64,000 nucleotides of DNA from a virus: IMG/VR virus record IMGVR_UViG_3300045988_164457, positions 1 to 64,000 of that record; one strand, given 5' to 3'. How positions within the stretch are numbered: the stretch's first letter is position 1; each line of letters opens with the position of its first letter. A program made the translations under genes and the position numbers. Positions 18,536-27,542 of this stretch are shown here, one piece after another. Below the pieces are notes generated by a model. It was not told the DNA's origin. It did no database searches and saw nothing but the letters and a program-made list of their open reading frames with translations.

Positions 18536-20665
18536 ATGGCTAAAGATACAGACGGTCTGCTTTTAACGGCGAGTTTGGATATTGAAGGAACTTATGAAAA
18601 GATAAAGAAAGAAGATATCACAAAACTCAATGCCAAATTAGCCAATGATAATTCTGCAAGAGTGAAGATTGTCGGTGGACTTGACTTAAATAAAACACAG
18701 TCCCTTATACAATCTCAGATAGCTACTATTAGTAAGAATTTAAAACTGAATATTGGTCAGATTGATACAAGTAGTTTAAATACAGCACTTTCTAATGTTC
18801 AGAATAAAGTTATTGGTACTAATAATGGATTAACTATTAAGCCTACAGTTGATGGCAAAATTATTGAGGACACTGATGCTCTTATCAAAGCGGTTGTTGG
18901 GAAATTACAGCAGTTAAATAACATTGACCTTAATGGATTTAAGAATAATCTTAAAAATCTTGGATTTTCAGGAAAAGATGTTACAAGTGCTGCGGATGAA
19001 TTAGTTCAAGCTTTAAAGCTTACACCTGAAAATAAAAGTGTTATTATAGATAGCTATCAGAAACTTATGGATAGTATTAGAAATACTATTAAGAGTGATA
19101 GTATGGTGGCTGATAAAAACTTTGATAACAGACTTATAATGTCTATTTATCAGGCTATTAGTGAATATAAAAATCTTGGACAGACTGCTACACAGTCGGC
19201 TAAAGAAACACAAACTGTTACTAAAGCTACCACAGAAATAATTGATAAGGAAACACGGGCTGTAAAAATCCAAACAGATGCCTATGAAGACCTTGCATTA
19301 GCAAAAAAGTCAGTTATAACTGATGCTTCTGACAATCAACTTGCAAAGACTGAAACTTATTCTGATAGAGCAACTGGGAGAAGCAAAACTATAGTTTATG
19401 ATTCAGAAGATAATGAACAGGTCATTCGTTATTCTGAAAATATTAATAAAGTAGTTATAGCACAAGAAAGAGCTAACGCATCAGCAATTAAACTTGAATC
19501 TACTTATGCTAAAATAAAAAGTCGTATAGAGGATTTAAATGCTTCGAAACCTATAAAAGACGAAAGTAATAAGGAAAAATTAGCAGAGCAATATATTAAA
19601 GTAGAACAAGCTATTGATGCAGTTAAAAATGCTGATAGTACAACTTTGGTTGTAATGAAAGCAAATGCTGAAAAGGAAATCTCTACTTTGCAGGATTTGG
19701 AGCGTGCTTTCAGAAATGCTGAAAATGCGGCAGAAGAATTGAGAACTCGTGATGTCTCGACTATTAAAACTGAAAATATTCAAAAACTTGCTCAATTTGG
19801 AGCTAAAATTCAAGGCAGTAAAGTTCCTATATCAGAAATGAAAGCTGATCTTGATGAGTTAAATGCAGCAATTCAAAATATTGGAACTAATGATACCGAA
19901 GGTCTCACCAAATTTCTTAATCAATTTGACATTGCAAGAGCTAAATTTTCTGCATTAAATCAACAAATGATAACTGATAATTCAATGCAGAGACAAGCAC
20001 AACAGGCAGAACTGCTTACGCAACGTATAAAGAAACTTACTGCTGAAATCAATACATATAAAGACTCCAATTCAAAAGCAATACAAAGCAATCAGCTTAC
20101 ATCAAATGGAAAAACTTTTTCTCAAGAGATTGAGAATATGCTTTTACAGCTTTCACATTGTGCTAATAATGATGATTTCCAAAAAATTGCCGCAAATTTT
20201 AGAAACATTAAAGCAGAAGCTAAATCTTTAGGTCTTGAAGGTGGAACTATTTTTGATAAGCTTTGGGCTAACTTAAAGAAATTTTCATCTTGGATGAGTT
20301 TAACTTCCTTAGTATCTACTTTCGTAATGGATATAAGAAATGCCATTACAGAACTAAAAGAAATAGATACTATTTTAACTGAGATTTCTAAGACTTCTGA
20401 TTTAACAACTGAGGCTCTCGCTAAACTTGGCAAAACATCATTTGAATCAGCAAGCAAGTATGGCAAAAAAGCAAGTGACTATTTAACTGGTGTGCAGGAA
20501 ATGTATAGAGCTGGTTTCCAAAATGCTCCTGAAATGTCTGAACTTTCTATACTTGCACAAGCAGCTGGTGATTTAACTTCTGATGCTGCTAATGACTATC
20601 TTATAGCGACCGATGCCGCCTATGATCTGGGTGGCAGTATTGAGAAATTAAATGCAGTTTTGGAT
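18536..20665 (+). CDS. Tail tape-measure protein, exon 1
   Basis: Coiled-coil-rich 710 aa ending in the conserved TMP core (LGKTSFESASKYGKKASDYLTGVQEMYRAGF...ANDYLIATDAAYDLGGSIEKLNAVLD). The frame stops at a TAA that I place at the intron start. Confidence 0.8.
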
Positions 20666-22125
20666 TAACATAAAAGTCCTCATATATAGAAATATATATG
20701 GTTGAAGTCTGCTTTTATCGGAAAAAACGTAGAGATACATAATTCCGAGGATAAGACTATATAAAATAAGGTGGAAAGGAATACAGTGACTCAAAAATGT
20801 ATTTGTTGCCACAAAGAAAAGGATATTAAATTATTTAAAGAAAAATGCAAAACTTGTAAATTATGTAAATGGTTTAAAAAGCATCAATTAAATATTCCTG
20901 ATGACTGGAATAAAGACGATGTAAAGTATGTAATTGAACAAATACACGATTCTCATACAAGTTACTTAAATGATATAGCCAAAGATTTAGATAGACCTTT
21001 AAATGACATAATAATTTTATTAAAAGATAAATTAGAATTACATAACATAAGAAATCAAAAAGTTAGAATAAAAGTTATATGCGATAATTGTGGTAAAGAG
21101 TTTGAAATTAGTCCATATAAATTAAAAATAAACAATTTTAACTTTTGCACACACGAATGTTATAGTAAATATAGAAGTAAATATTATGTTGGAGAAAAGG
21201 CATCTGTCTATACTAAAACAAAATGTGAATGTGATAATTGTCACAAGGAAATTTTAATTCCTAAAAACAAATTAAAAGCTGTTAATGCTGAAGGAATCAG
21301 TCATAATTTTTGTAATCATAAATGTTATAGTGAATTTAGAAGTAAATATTACGTTGGGAATAAATTATATAATACAGGAATACATTTTTCAGATGAACAA
21401 CGTGAGCAATGCAGAATTAATACTGCCAAATGTTATGCCGATGGAAAAATCAAACGTAATACTAAACCTCAAATTATTATTAACTCATTGTTAAATGATA
21501 TGGATATTAAATATCAAAATGAAAAAATATACAAATACTATTCGGTAGATAATTATTTAATTGATTCTAATTTAATTATAGAAGTAATGGGAGATTATTT
21601 TCATGCCAATCCTTCAAAATACAATAATTATAACCAGTTGAATAAAATGCAACAAAAAGATGTTATTCGAGATAAGAGAAAACACACATATATAAAAAAA
21701 TATTATAATATAGAAATTTTATATTTGTGGGAATCCGATATATTGAATAATTTAAGTTTATGTAAAGCACTGATTGCTGAATATATTTCTAATAATGGGG
21801 TTTTAAAGGATTATAATTCCTTCAATTATCAATTAGACACATTGACAAATAAATTAGTAAAAAATAAAAATATAAATCCTTATTTTATATAGAATCCGTA
21901 ACGAGTAAGTTGTTATACGGTGACGTATAGCACACGCAGACCACAAATATGTATAGCATATTTCTACATTAATTGTAGCCTAACGTTAAAACGAGGGTGA
22001 TGATATACTCTGCTCTCACGCAATAATCTAACAATGAAACGTGAGAATTAAGAAGAAATTCTTAATCGCCATATAGATAATATGGTCAGTAATTTATAAT
22101 TATTATAAATGAAAGTAACAGCAGG
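20666..22125 (+). mobile_element. Group-I-like intron 1 in the TMP gene (boundaries inferred)
   Basis: The TMP core motif resumes in frame at ~22126 (SQNYITNNAAVSMQDMADATSEAA...). Exon end GGAT (20662-65) can pair with GTCC 20676-79, giving a U.G at the splice site. The intron ends in G (22125). It contains an endonuclease ORF and a 233-nt structured 3' part. Confidence 0.6.
20771..21892 (+). CDS. Intron-encoded homing endonuclease, Vsr/EDxHD-like PD-(D/E)xK with zinc-ribbon repeats
   Basis: 373 aa. Duplicated C..CGKEF....C...CYSKYRSKYYVG modules. C-terminal NLIIEVMGDYFHANP...DKRKHTYIKK..NIEILYLWE resembles Vsr-type nucleases. Confidence 0.6.
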   Translation: MERNTVTQKCICCHKEKDIKLFKEKCKTCKLCKWFKKHQLNIPDDWNKDDVKYVIEQIHDSHTSYLNDIAKDLDRPLNDIIILLKDKLELHNIRNQKVRIKVICDNCGKEFEISPYKLKINNFNFCTHECYSKYRSKYYVGEKASVYTKTKCECDNCHKEILIPKNKLKAVNAEGISHNFCNHKCYSEFRSKYYVGNKLYNTGIHFSDEQREQCRINTAKCYADGKIKRNTKPQIIINSLLNDMDIKYQNEKIYKYYSVDNYLIDSNLIIEVMGDYFHANPSKYNNYNQLNKMQQKDVIRDKRKHTYIKKYYNIEILYLWESDILNNLSLCKALIAEYISNNGVLKDYNSFNYQLDTLTNKLVKNKNINPYFI

Positions 22126-22509
22126 AGTCAAAACTACATTACAAATAATGCAGCTGTAAGTATGCAGGATATGGCTGATGCTACATCTGAAGCTGCTTCT
22201 GTTGCTGCTCAGTATGGAGTTAATATTGATGAACTGTCATCTCTTATAGCGGTAGTTGTTTCTAAAACAAGAGAGTCTGGTTCTGAAGTTGGTAATGCGT
22301 TGAAAGCCCTCTTCATCAACTTACAGGATACTACGTCTAAGCCTATTCAAGAGGCATTTGATTCTGTAAATATTTCAATGACTGAAATGGTAAATGGTTC
22401 TGAAAAACTCAAAACACCTATTGAGTTAATTAAAGAATTATCGGCTGCATTTACAAGTCTTGATGAGGGTGATACTCGAAGAGCTAATATTTTAAGTGAT
22501 ATTGGTGGT
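22126..22509 (+). CDS. Tail tape-measure protein, exon 2
   Basis: ...TNNAAVSMQDMADATSEAASVAAQYGVNIDELSSLIAVVVSKTRESGSEVGNALKALFINLQD...RRANILSDIGG is the classic TMP domain continuation. The frame is open from 22093. Confidence 0.65.
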
Positions 22510-22972
22510 AGATTTTACCACAATGTACAGAAATGTGCATAAAGAACAAATTTAAATGCAGGTAATGAGTAAGAGCCTTACACCACAATAGCGGAGAAAT
22601 CACGCTATGACGGTACGAAAGTAGAAAAAACGTAAGGATTGTATATGGTCAAAAGCCTAAGTACAGTAACAATCTCTGTTCTTGCAACGAAGTACCCTAA
22701 CGTTATACTCTGACCAAGAGTTAGTTAAGCCGAGGGTAAGCGCTCAACGACCATTCCCCGATGAGGGGTTATGACAATAAAATAAAGGTGGAAATCCCGA
22801 ATAGTCATAACATTAGAAGTACGGCTTAATCGCAAATGAAGTGAGTGAAAAACTCTTAAACGGAAAAGGTTTGACTGCTGTTGCATAAGCAACGTGGTTA
22901 AGAAATGGTCTGAACTCTTATCGAAAGATAAGGAACATGATTAGATTTTGCGAATCTAATTTAACATAATTG
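22510..22972 (+). ncRNA. ORF-less group-I-like intron 2 in the TMP gene (boundaries inferred)
   Basis: 463 nt, GC-richer and hairpin-dense, with no ORF. The exon frame runs into a stop after 10 junk codons. An in-frame TAA at 22967-69 forces the 3' splice site to 22970 or later, and the only G there is 22972. The join gives DIGG|KYHANTLAAIL, a typical TMP sequence. Confidence 0.55.
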
Positions 22973-23344
22973 AAATATCACGCTAACACATTAGCAGCGA
23001 TACTTTCTGACTTAGATAGTTATTACAAAATGCTCGATTACTATTCTAAGGGTCAAGGGTCGGCTACAGAGGAAGCACAAAAGACTGCTGAATCTTGGGA
23101 AGGTATGTGGAACAAGATGGAGAACAAATGGACGGAGTTTGTAAATGAATTTGCTAATTCCGACTTGTTTAAGTCTTTAATTGAAAGTGCAACTATATTT
23201 ATTGATACTCTTTCAGATGCTTCATCTCCACTCAATTTTATACTAACCCAAATAGCTAACATAATTGAATTGACATCAAAATTAACTGACAAAATAGGTT
23301 TAATTCCTACTATACTTGGTGGATTAACCCTTAAAAACGTAGGT
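22973..23344 (+). CDS. Tail tape-measure protein, exon 3 (3' boundary 23340-23344 uncertain)
   Basis: KYHANTLAAILSDLDSYYKMLDYYSKGQGSATEEAQKTAESWEGMWNKMENKWTEFVNEF...IPTILGGLTLKNVG. The ORF then reads 24 junk-like codons into structured RNA before its stop at 23416. Confidence 0.6.
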
Positions 23345-23760
23345 GAACTAAGTCTTAAATACGCCCGTTCTTATGCTACCACAGACATAAAGCATAGGGA
23401 ATGTAACACGTTTTAAAATAAGGTTGTCAAACTGCTGGAAAATGCTAAAGCTGTGTGACTACTCATAACAAGGCATTATGAGAGTGAGGAAACTCGGAAA
23501 CAACAACACAGATAGACTATGCTGAAACAAAAGCTTGATTTTATAATAGAATCAAGTGCTACGGTCTGCATACTATATAATAGTATAACAATGTATAATC
23601 AGCAACCAAGCCCTGTCGTGAGACACGGAAGGCTCAACGAGTAGATGACAACTGCCTTGTGGTAAGGTAAAGGTGTACTCTAACCTATGGATAACTCCCA
23701 TAGTAGTTCCAAAGCAGATTATCCCTGCTTAGTTTTGACACTATGATAGATAGTGTAGGG
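23345..23760 (+). ncRNA. Structured RNA, 5' domain of the third TMP intervening sequence (intron-core-like)
   Basis: GC-richer with many short hairpins: CTCATAA/TTATGAG, CTTGATT/AATCAAG, CTATGG/CCATAG, AAGCAG/CTGCTT, CACTAT/ATAGTG. Shares GCTCAACGA (23632-40) ... ATGACAA with intron 2 (22742-50). ACGTTTT 23408-14 is complementary to exon end AAAACGT 23334-40. Confidence 0.4.
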
Positions 23761-23888
23761 ATAAATCTATCAAAAATTACATATTTGTAAATATATCAAA
23801 AGATTTGTTAAAGTTTACTTTTTATTTACAATTTGTGCAAATTTACACATAACTTATAACTTTACGCTTTTGCTATGTCATTTTCAAC

Positions 23889-23926
23889 AATTCAACAGAC
23901 TTTCAACGTTGAAAGATTGTTGAATT
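23889..23926. promoter_or_regulatory. 38-bp imperfect palindrome (candidate operator)
   Basis: AATTCAACAGACTTTCAAC|GTTGAAAGATTGTTGAATT. The central 16 bp CTTTCAACGTTGAAAG are perfect. There are 2 mismatches in the outer arms. TTCAAC occurs 4 times locally. Confidence 0.5.
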
Positions 23927-23997
23927 ATCTTATTGACAAATACAAAAGTTCGTCAAAATGTTAAAATATTAAACGTTTACCTTTAGATGTTTTGTAT

Positions 23998-24026
23998 TTG
24001 ACACATATTTTAAATTTAATTATAAT
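23998..24026 (+). promoter_or_regulatory. Consensus sigma-A promoter (TTGACA-17-TATAAT)
   Basis: TTGACA 23998-24003, 17-nt spacer, TATAAT 24021-26. Confidence 0.6.
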
Positions 24027-24032
24027 ATATAT

Positions 24033-24180
24033 AGAGAGTATAACAATTTAGCTCTCGTCTCAATTTCATTTAGAAAGGAGAAATATTAATTATGAGGATT
24101 GATAGAATAAAAGAAATAGATAGATAAGCGAATATTGATTCTTATTGCCACTTTCTATTTTAGAATGTGGCAATTTTTAT
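24033..24180 (+). ncRNA. Short transcript (~150 nt) carrying an 11-codon ORF (24092-24127, MRIDRIKEIDR) and its own terminator
   Basis: Predicted from the promoter at 23998-24026, RBS GAAAGGAG plus ATG 24092, and terminator ATTGCCAC/GTGGCAAT plus T5 at 24144-24180. Confidence 0.35.
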
Positions 24181-24185
24181 AAAAT

Positions 24186-24216
24186 AAACCACTTATGTTA
24201 TGCAAATAAGTGGTTT
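24186..24216 (-). terminator. Terminator of the leftward membrane-protein gene
   Basis: AAACCACTTAT / ATAAGTGGTTT stem. T-rich on the minus strand after the stem. Confidence 0.5.
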
Positions 24217-24226
24217 AATCATTATA

Positions 24227-25047
24227 TTATAAAATTTCTTTCATTTTGATGTTTGTTTGTTGCTTATTATTTCTTAATTCCAAACAAAATTCTTCAATGG
24301 TAGGATATGACTTGCCTTTTCCTGCTGCATTTCTAAAGGACTGTAGAGCGTCTTTCCCAGAGTCAGGATCGTAAAGGAAATAAAATTGCTCTTCAATAAT
24401 ATCTCTATCTACTATTCCCTGCTTCCACGAAATTAAAAGAGCTTCTAAGAAATTTAAATATTGTATTATATACCATCTTATTTCGTTGCATTGTACAACA
24501 TCAATAGTATACATACGTGAACTGCTATCATTAAAATTTTTATCATAAACATGGCAGTCATGTGCCATATTTTCAGGTTTAATAGTGGTTTCAAAACATT
24601 TTTTACACGAAGATTTTTATAGCTTGAACAAATGGGGCATAATTCTTTTTTAGTTTCAAAATTAACTTCAAATGGCTGTTTATTATATAGGTTTGCACAC
24701 TGTTCGTGATTAAAACCTTCAACTATACGAACCGCATATGTAGTCTCCCATCGTAAAGATTCAGACCATTTAATCATGTAATCAACTGTCTTTTCTCTAC
24801 GCTTTTCATCGTGTCTTGCTCTTGAGTCGTTTTTAGCAACTACAAGTTGTATTACCAGTAAAACTAATGACAGAGAACCGTAAGCAGAAATCATTAAAGA
24901 GATTATCTCATAATCTCTCATATAGGTTTCTGGTATTTTAATACACAATAACACACATACAACAATAACTGCAACAGTAAGAATACCCAATGTTACTGCT
25001 ATGGCGGTATTCCAATTAAATTCTCGTTTGTTATTTTCTGTTTTCAT
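24227..25047 (-). CDS. Two-TM membrane protein with a DUF4760-like C domain, split over two frames at an A6 run (frameshift, pseudogene or -1 recoding)
   Basis: ORF 24478-25047 (N-terminal TM helices, ...CPICSSYKNLRVK) and ORF 24227-24568 (...CFETTIKPENMAHDCHVYD...YLNFLEALLISWKQGIVDRDIIEEQF) overlap. Frame B is open from 24616. Slippery A_AAA_AAT lies at 24604-24598. Confidence 0.5.
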
Positions 25048-25213
25048 AATAATCCTCCTTATTCAGTCATAGTGTATTGTTATACTATAATTATACAATC
25101 AGTCTCTAACAAAATCTATACGCTTAATTTCTAAATTTTATATTGTATTATTGTATATATTAACACAAAGAGACATTATATGCCACCGTAAAGTTTGTAT
25201 TTTTCCTATACTC

Positions 25214-25242
25214 TTGACATTTTGCTCTGAATATGTTAATAT
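25214..25242 (+). promoter_or_regulatory. Sigma-A-type promoter for the 25267 gene
   Basis: TTGACA 25214-19, 17-nt spacer, TAATAT 25237-42 preceded by TGT. Confidence 0.5.
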
Positions 25243-25266
25243 TATCTCAAATAACTACATTTTGAG

Positions 25267-26037
25267 GTGGACTATATGAAAAGACAGATTGTTTCGTTTA
25301 TGATGGCAATTTCTTTAATTGTGACATCAACATCTCCTGTTATAGCTCACAGTGGTAGAACCGATAGCAATGGTGGGCACAGAGATAATAAGAACAAGAG
25401 CGGGCTTGGATATTATCATTATCATTGTGGAGGACATCCTGCTCATCTACACGAAAATGGTGTTTGTCCGTATAAAAGCGGTTCAAGTTCTAACAATTCA
25501 AATTCAAGTAAATCAAACACATCATACAAGAATGAGAATATATCGTCATCCAAATCTAAGGCTGAGTGGATCGGAGACAAATATTGGACTGGCGATAGCT
25601 TTGCAAGAGGCTGGCAGAAAATAGACGGTTACACTTATTACTTTGATGATTACGGCGATAAAATGATAGGTTGGGCAAATGACGAAGAAGATAATACCTA
25701 TTATTTTGATGTTAAAGGCAGAATGAGTGTCGGTTGGAAAGAAATAGGTAATCATACATATTTCTTTAGTACAAATGGCTATATGCGTACAGGTTTACGT
25801 AAAACAGAAGGTAAAACATACTATTTTAACAAAGATGGTGTGATGGTTACTGGAAAAGTTAGATTTGGAGATAATATTCGCTATTTTGGTTCAGATGGGG
25901 CTATGAAAAAGGGCTGGGGCAAGATTGGCAATGATACATATTACTTCAAAAACAAAGACGGATATATGGCTACTGGAAAACTTAAAATTGATGATAAGGT
26001 TTATGAATTTGGAGATGATGGTAAGCTTATAATGTAG
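25267..26037 (+). CDS. Secreted YHYH-domain protein with clostridial-type cell-wall-binding (CW_binding_1-like) repeats
   Basis: Signal peptide MKRQIVSFMMAISLIVTSTSPVIA. HSGRTDSNGGHRDNKNKSGLGYYHYHCGGHPAHLH motif. At least 6 repeats of the GW.KI.G.TYYF...G.M.TG type. Confidence 0.7.
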   Translation: MDYMKRQIVSFMMAISLIVTSTSPVIAHSGRTDSNGGHRDNKNKSGLGYYHYHCGGHPAHLHENGVCPYKSGSSSNNSNSSKSNTSYKNENISSSKSKAEWIGDKYWTGDSFARGWQKIDGYTYYFDDYGDKMIGWANDEEDNTYYFDVKGRMSVGWKEIGNHTYFFSTNGYMRTGLRKTEGKTYYFNKDGVMVTGKVRFGDNIRYFGSDGAMKKGWGKIGNDTYYFKNKDGYMATGKLKIDDKVYEFGDDGKLIM

Positions 26038-26066
26038 TTAATTATAAAAAGCCTCTTTACTTTAGG

Positions 26067-26104
26067 AAGTCACCCATCTGAACAAGGTGGGTGACTTTGT
26101 TTAT
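26067..26104 (+). terminator. Terminator after the CWB-repeat gene
   Basis: AAGTCACCC / GGGTGACTT stem plus a T-rich tail. Confidence 0.6.
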
Positions 26105-26124
26105 GTTATCAATATAAAAAAGCC

Positions 26125-26160
26125 AAAGACCTACTCTTAAATTAGAGCAGGTCTTTCTTT
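26125..26160. terminator. Bidirectional hairpin terminator (serves the leftward BRO gene)
   Basis: AAAGACCTACTCT / AGAGCAGGTCTTT with A-run upstream and T-run downstream. Confidence 0.55.
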
Positions 26161-26273
26161 ATATCCTTTACAACTTAGTATCTTATACCATATTCACCGT
26201 TATGTATTTGAGTAAGTATTGGCACTGTCACAGGCTGAATACCAAGTTTAACAAGCGACACATCGGATTTCCA

Positions 26274-27083
26274 CTAATTTATAGCTGAAAGCTTCTGCAC
26301 AAGTATCTTACGGTAATTTTCAAGATTACGTGGAGAGTCATTGCTTTCAATAAGGTATGTAAGTGCTTCAATGCCTTTGATTTCACGGCGTACATATTCC
26401 ATTACGGAACGTACTCCTGCCTGAACAACATATCCCCTTTTCTCTATCATAAAGCTTGGGGTCTTACTGTTGTCAAGTTCATAATATGAAACAATGTGTG
26501 ATAAACCCATATTATAGATTACAAACAAAGATTTCTTGCATTTGAATAACTGAGGATTTTCTTTGTTGTATTCTTTGAGTTCATCACCAGTCAGTAAAGA
26601 ATAATCTCTATCTGGCATTAAGGCTGATTTGATATGATTGTATAGAGTAACTGAATTTATACCATAAATATTTGAGATATCGGAAGCAGTGAGAACAGGT
26701 CTGCCGTGAAATGTTTTCTCTATGTAGGCGTATGGAAGTGAGGGTGCTTTGGGTACAGTATAATTACCTGTCTTTCTGATTGATGGCAAGACTTCGTTAG
26801 TAACCCATTTGCGGAATATTCTGCACTTGTCTGTCCGAGCTTCAAGCATAAAATCATAGAGCTGAGACTCTGTTAAATACTGTTTCACACCGTGTGAAAC
26901 CAACGTAATTTCGGCATTTTCAGCAGTTTTAAGTATTCTTTCTTTGTAGGGATAAACATTTCCTTTAGCTTTGGCTACATATCCTAAAGCCTTACCAGTT
27001 GAGTAAATCTCGAATAAGGGTTCGCCATTTTCATTTTGAATGACCTCTACATCATTGCCTTCAAAATTCATAATCTCTTGCAT
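26274..27083 (-). CDS. BRO-N family antirepressor-like protein
   Basis: N-terminus FEGNDVEVIQNENGEPLFEIYSTGKALGY...LTESQLYDFMLEARTDKCRIFRKWVTNEVLPSIRKTGNY fits the Bro-N pattern. RBS AAGGAG. Confidence 0.75.
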   Translation of the reverse strand: MQEIMNFEGNDVEVIQNENGEPLFEIYSTGKALGYVAKAKGNVYPYKERILKTAENAEITLVSHGVKQYLTESQLYDFMLEARTDKCRIFRKWVTNEVLPSIRKTGNYTVPKAPSLPYAYIEKTFHGRPVLTASDISNIYGINSVTLYNHIKSALMPDRDYSLLTGDELKEYNKENPQLFKCKKSLFVIYNMGLSHIVSYYELDNSKTPSFMIEKRGYVVQAGVRSVMEYVRREIKGIEALTYLIESNDSPRNLENYRKILVQKLSAIN

Positions 27084-27108
27084 AAATAAAACTCCTTATC
27101 AATTTGAC

Positions 27109-27138
27109 TTGACAAGAACTCTCTATCTATGGTACAAT
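27109..27138 (+). promoter_or_regulatory. Antisense sigma-A promoter in the RHH-BRO intercistronic region (extended -10)
   Basis: TTGACA 27109-14, 18-nt spacer, TGgTACAAT ending at 27138. Confidence 0.55.
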
Positions 27139-27144
27139 GTATTT

Positions 27145-27217
27145 GATAGAAAAATCTGTCAGATATGTAACGGTAATGTATTACTTTCCACGGTGCAACA
27201 TTGCCGTTATTTATTTT
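27145..27217 (+). ncRNA. Predicted ~70-nt antisense RNA (sar-like)
   Basis: Starts about 7 nt after the -10. Ends at hairpin AACGGTAATG 27169-78 / CATTGCCGTT 27199-208 plus ATTTATTTT. Antisense to the RHH 3' end and the RHH-BRO spacer. Confidence 0.4.
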
Positions 27218-27380
27218 CTCGGAGAACAAGTTGTATACCTTTTCTCACAACATCTGTACGTGTAACATTGTTGTCTTTGCAATATTTGATTAATTTATCA
27301 TTTGTGTCTTTATCAATTCTTGCTTTGATCTCAATGATTAAAGGCTTTTCAACTTGTGGTCTACCTATTTTGGGTGACAT
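27207..27380 (-). CDS. Ribbon-helix-helix (Arc/CopG-like) regulator, 57 aa
   Basis: ATG 27380 after AGGTGA. MSPKIGRPQVEKPLIIEIKARIDKDTNDKLIKYCKDNNVTRTDVVRKGIQLVL shows the beta-strand plus two-helix RHH pattern. Confidence 0.6.
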   Translation of the reverse strand: MSPKIGRPQVEKPLIIEIKARIDKDTNDKLIKYCKDNNVTRTDVVRKGIQLVLRENK

Positions 27381-27396
27381 TTTTTCACCTACTTTC

Positions 27397-27439
27397 TGTG
27401 CCACAATTATATTATAGTTTATGTGCCACAAAAAGTCAA
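27397..27439 (-). promoter_or_regulatory. Leftward promoter of the RHH-BRO operon with two 10-bp direct-repeat operators
   Basis: On the minus strand: TTGACT (27439-34), 17-nt spacer, TATAAT (27416-11). TTGTGGCACA occurs twice (plus-strand 27422-31 inside the spacer and 27397-406 over the predicted start site). Confidence 0.55.
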
Positions 27440-27508
27440 TAGTCACTTTTATTTTTGGTAAAATGCACAAAAGAATAACGTTTATTTATGATAAATTAAA
27501 ATTACCCC

Positions 27509-27536
27509 TTGACAAAAAAAAATAAAGTGGTATAAT
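27509..27536 (+). promoter_or_regulatory. Rightward consensus promoter (TTGACA-16-TGgTATAAT), divergent from the RHH promoter
   Basis: TTGACA 27509-14, TATAAT 27531-36 with TG at -15/-14. Confidence 0.6.
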
Positions 27537-27542
27537 AATAAT

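Noticed and set aside
22510-22542. The C-terminal tails RFYHNVQKCA* (exon 2) and ELSLKYARSYATTDIKHRECNTF* (23345-23416) as genuine protein ends. On that reading the TMP pieces would be separate genes.
   Set aside because: The conserved TMP domain is cut mid-motif and continues in frame downstream each time. The downstream pieces lack start codons or RBSs, and the tails run into hairpin-dense RNA.
27084-27206. The hairpin at 27169-27208 as an intrinsic terminator or attenuator for the leftward RHH-BRO operon.
   Set aside because: On the minus strand the stem is not followed by a U-run, whereas on the plus strand it is followed by ATTTATTTT and preceded by a strong promoter. It is therefore assigned to the antisense RNA.
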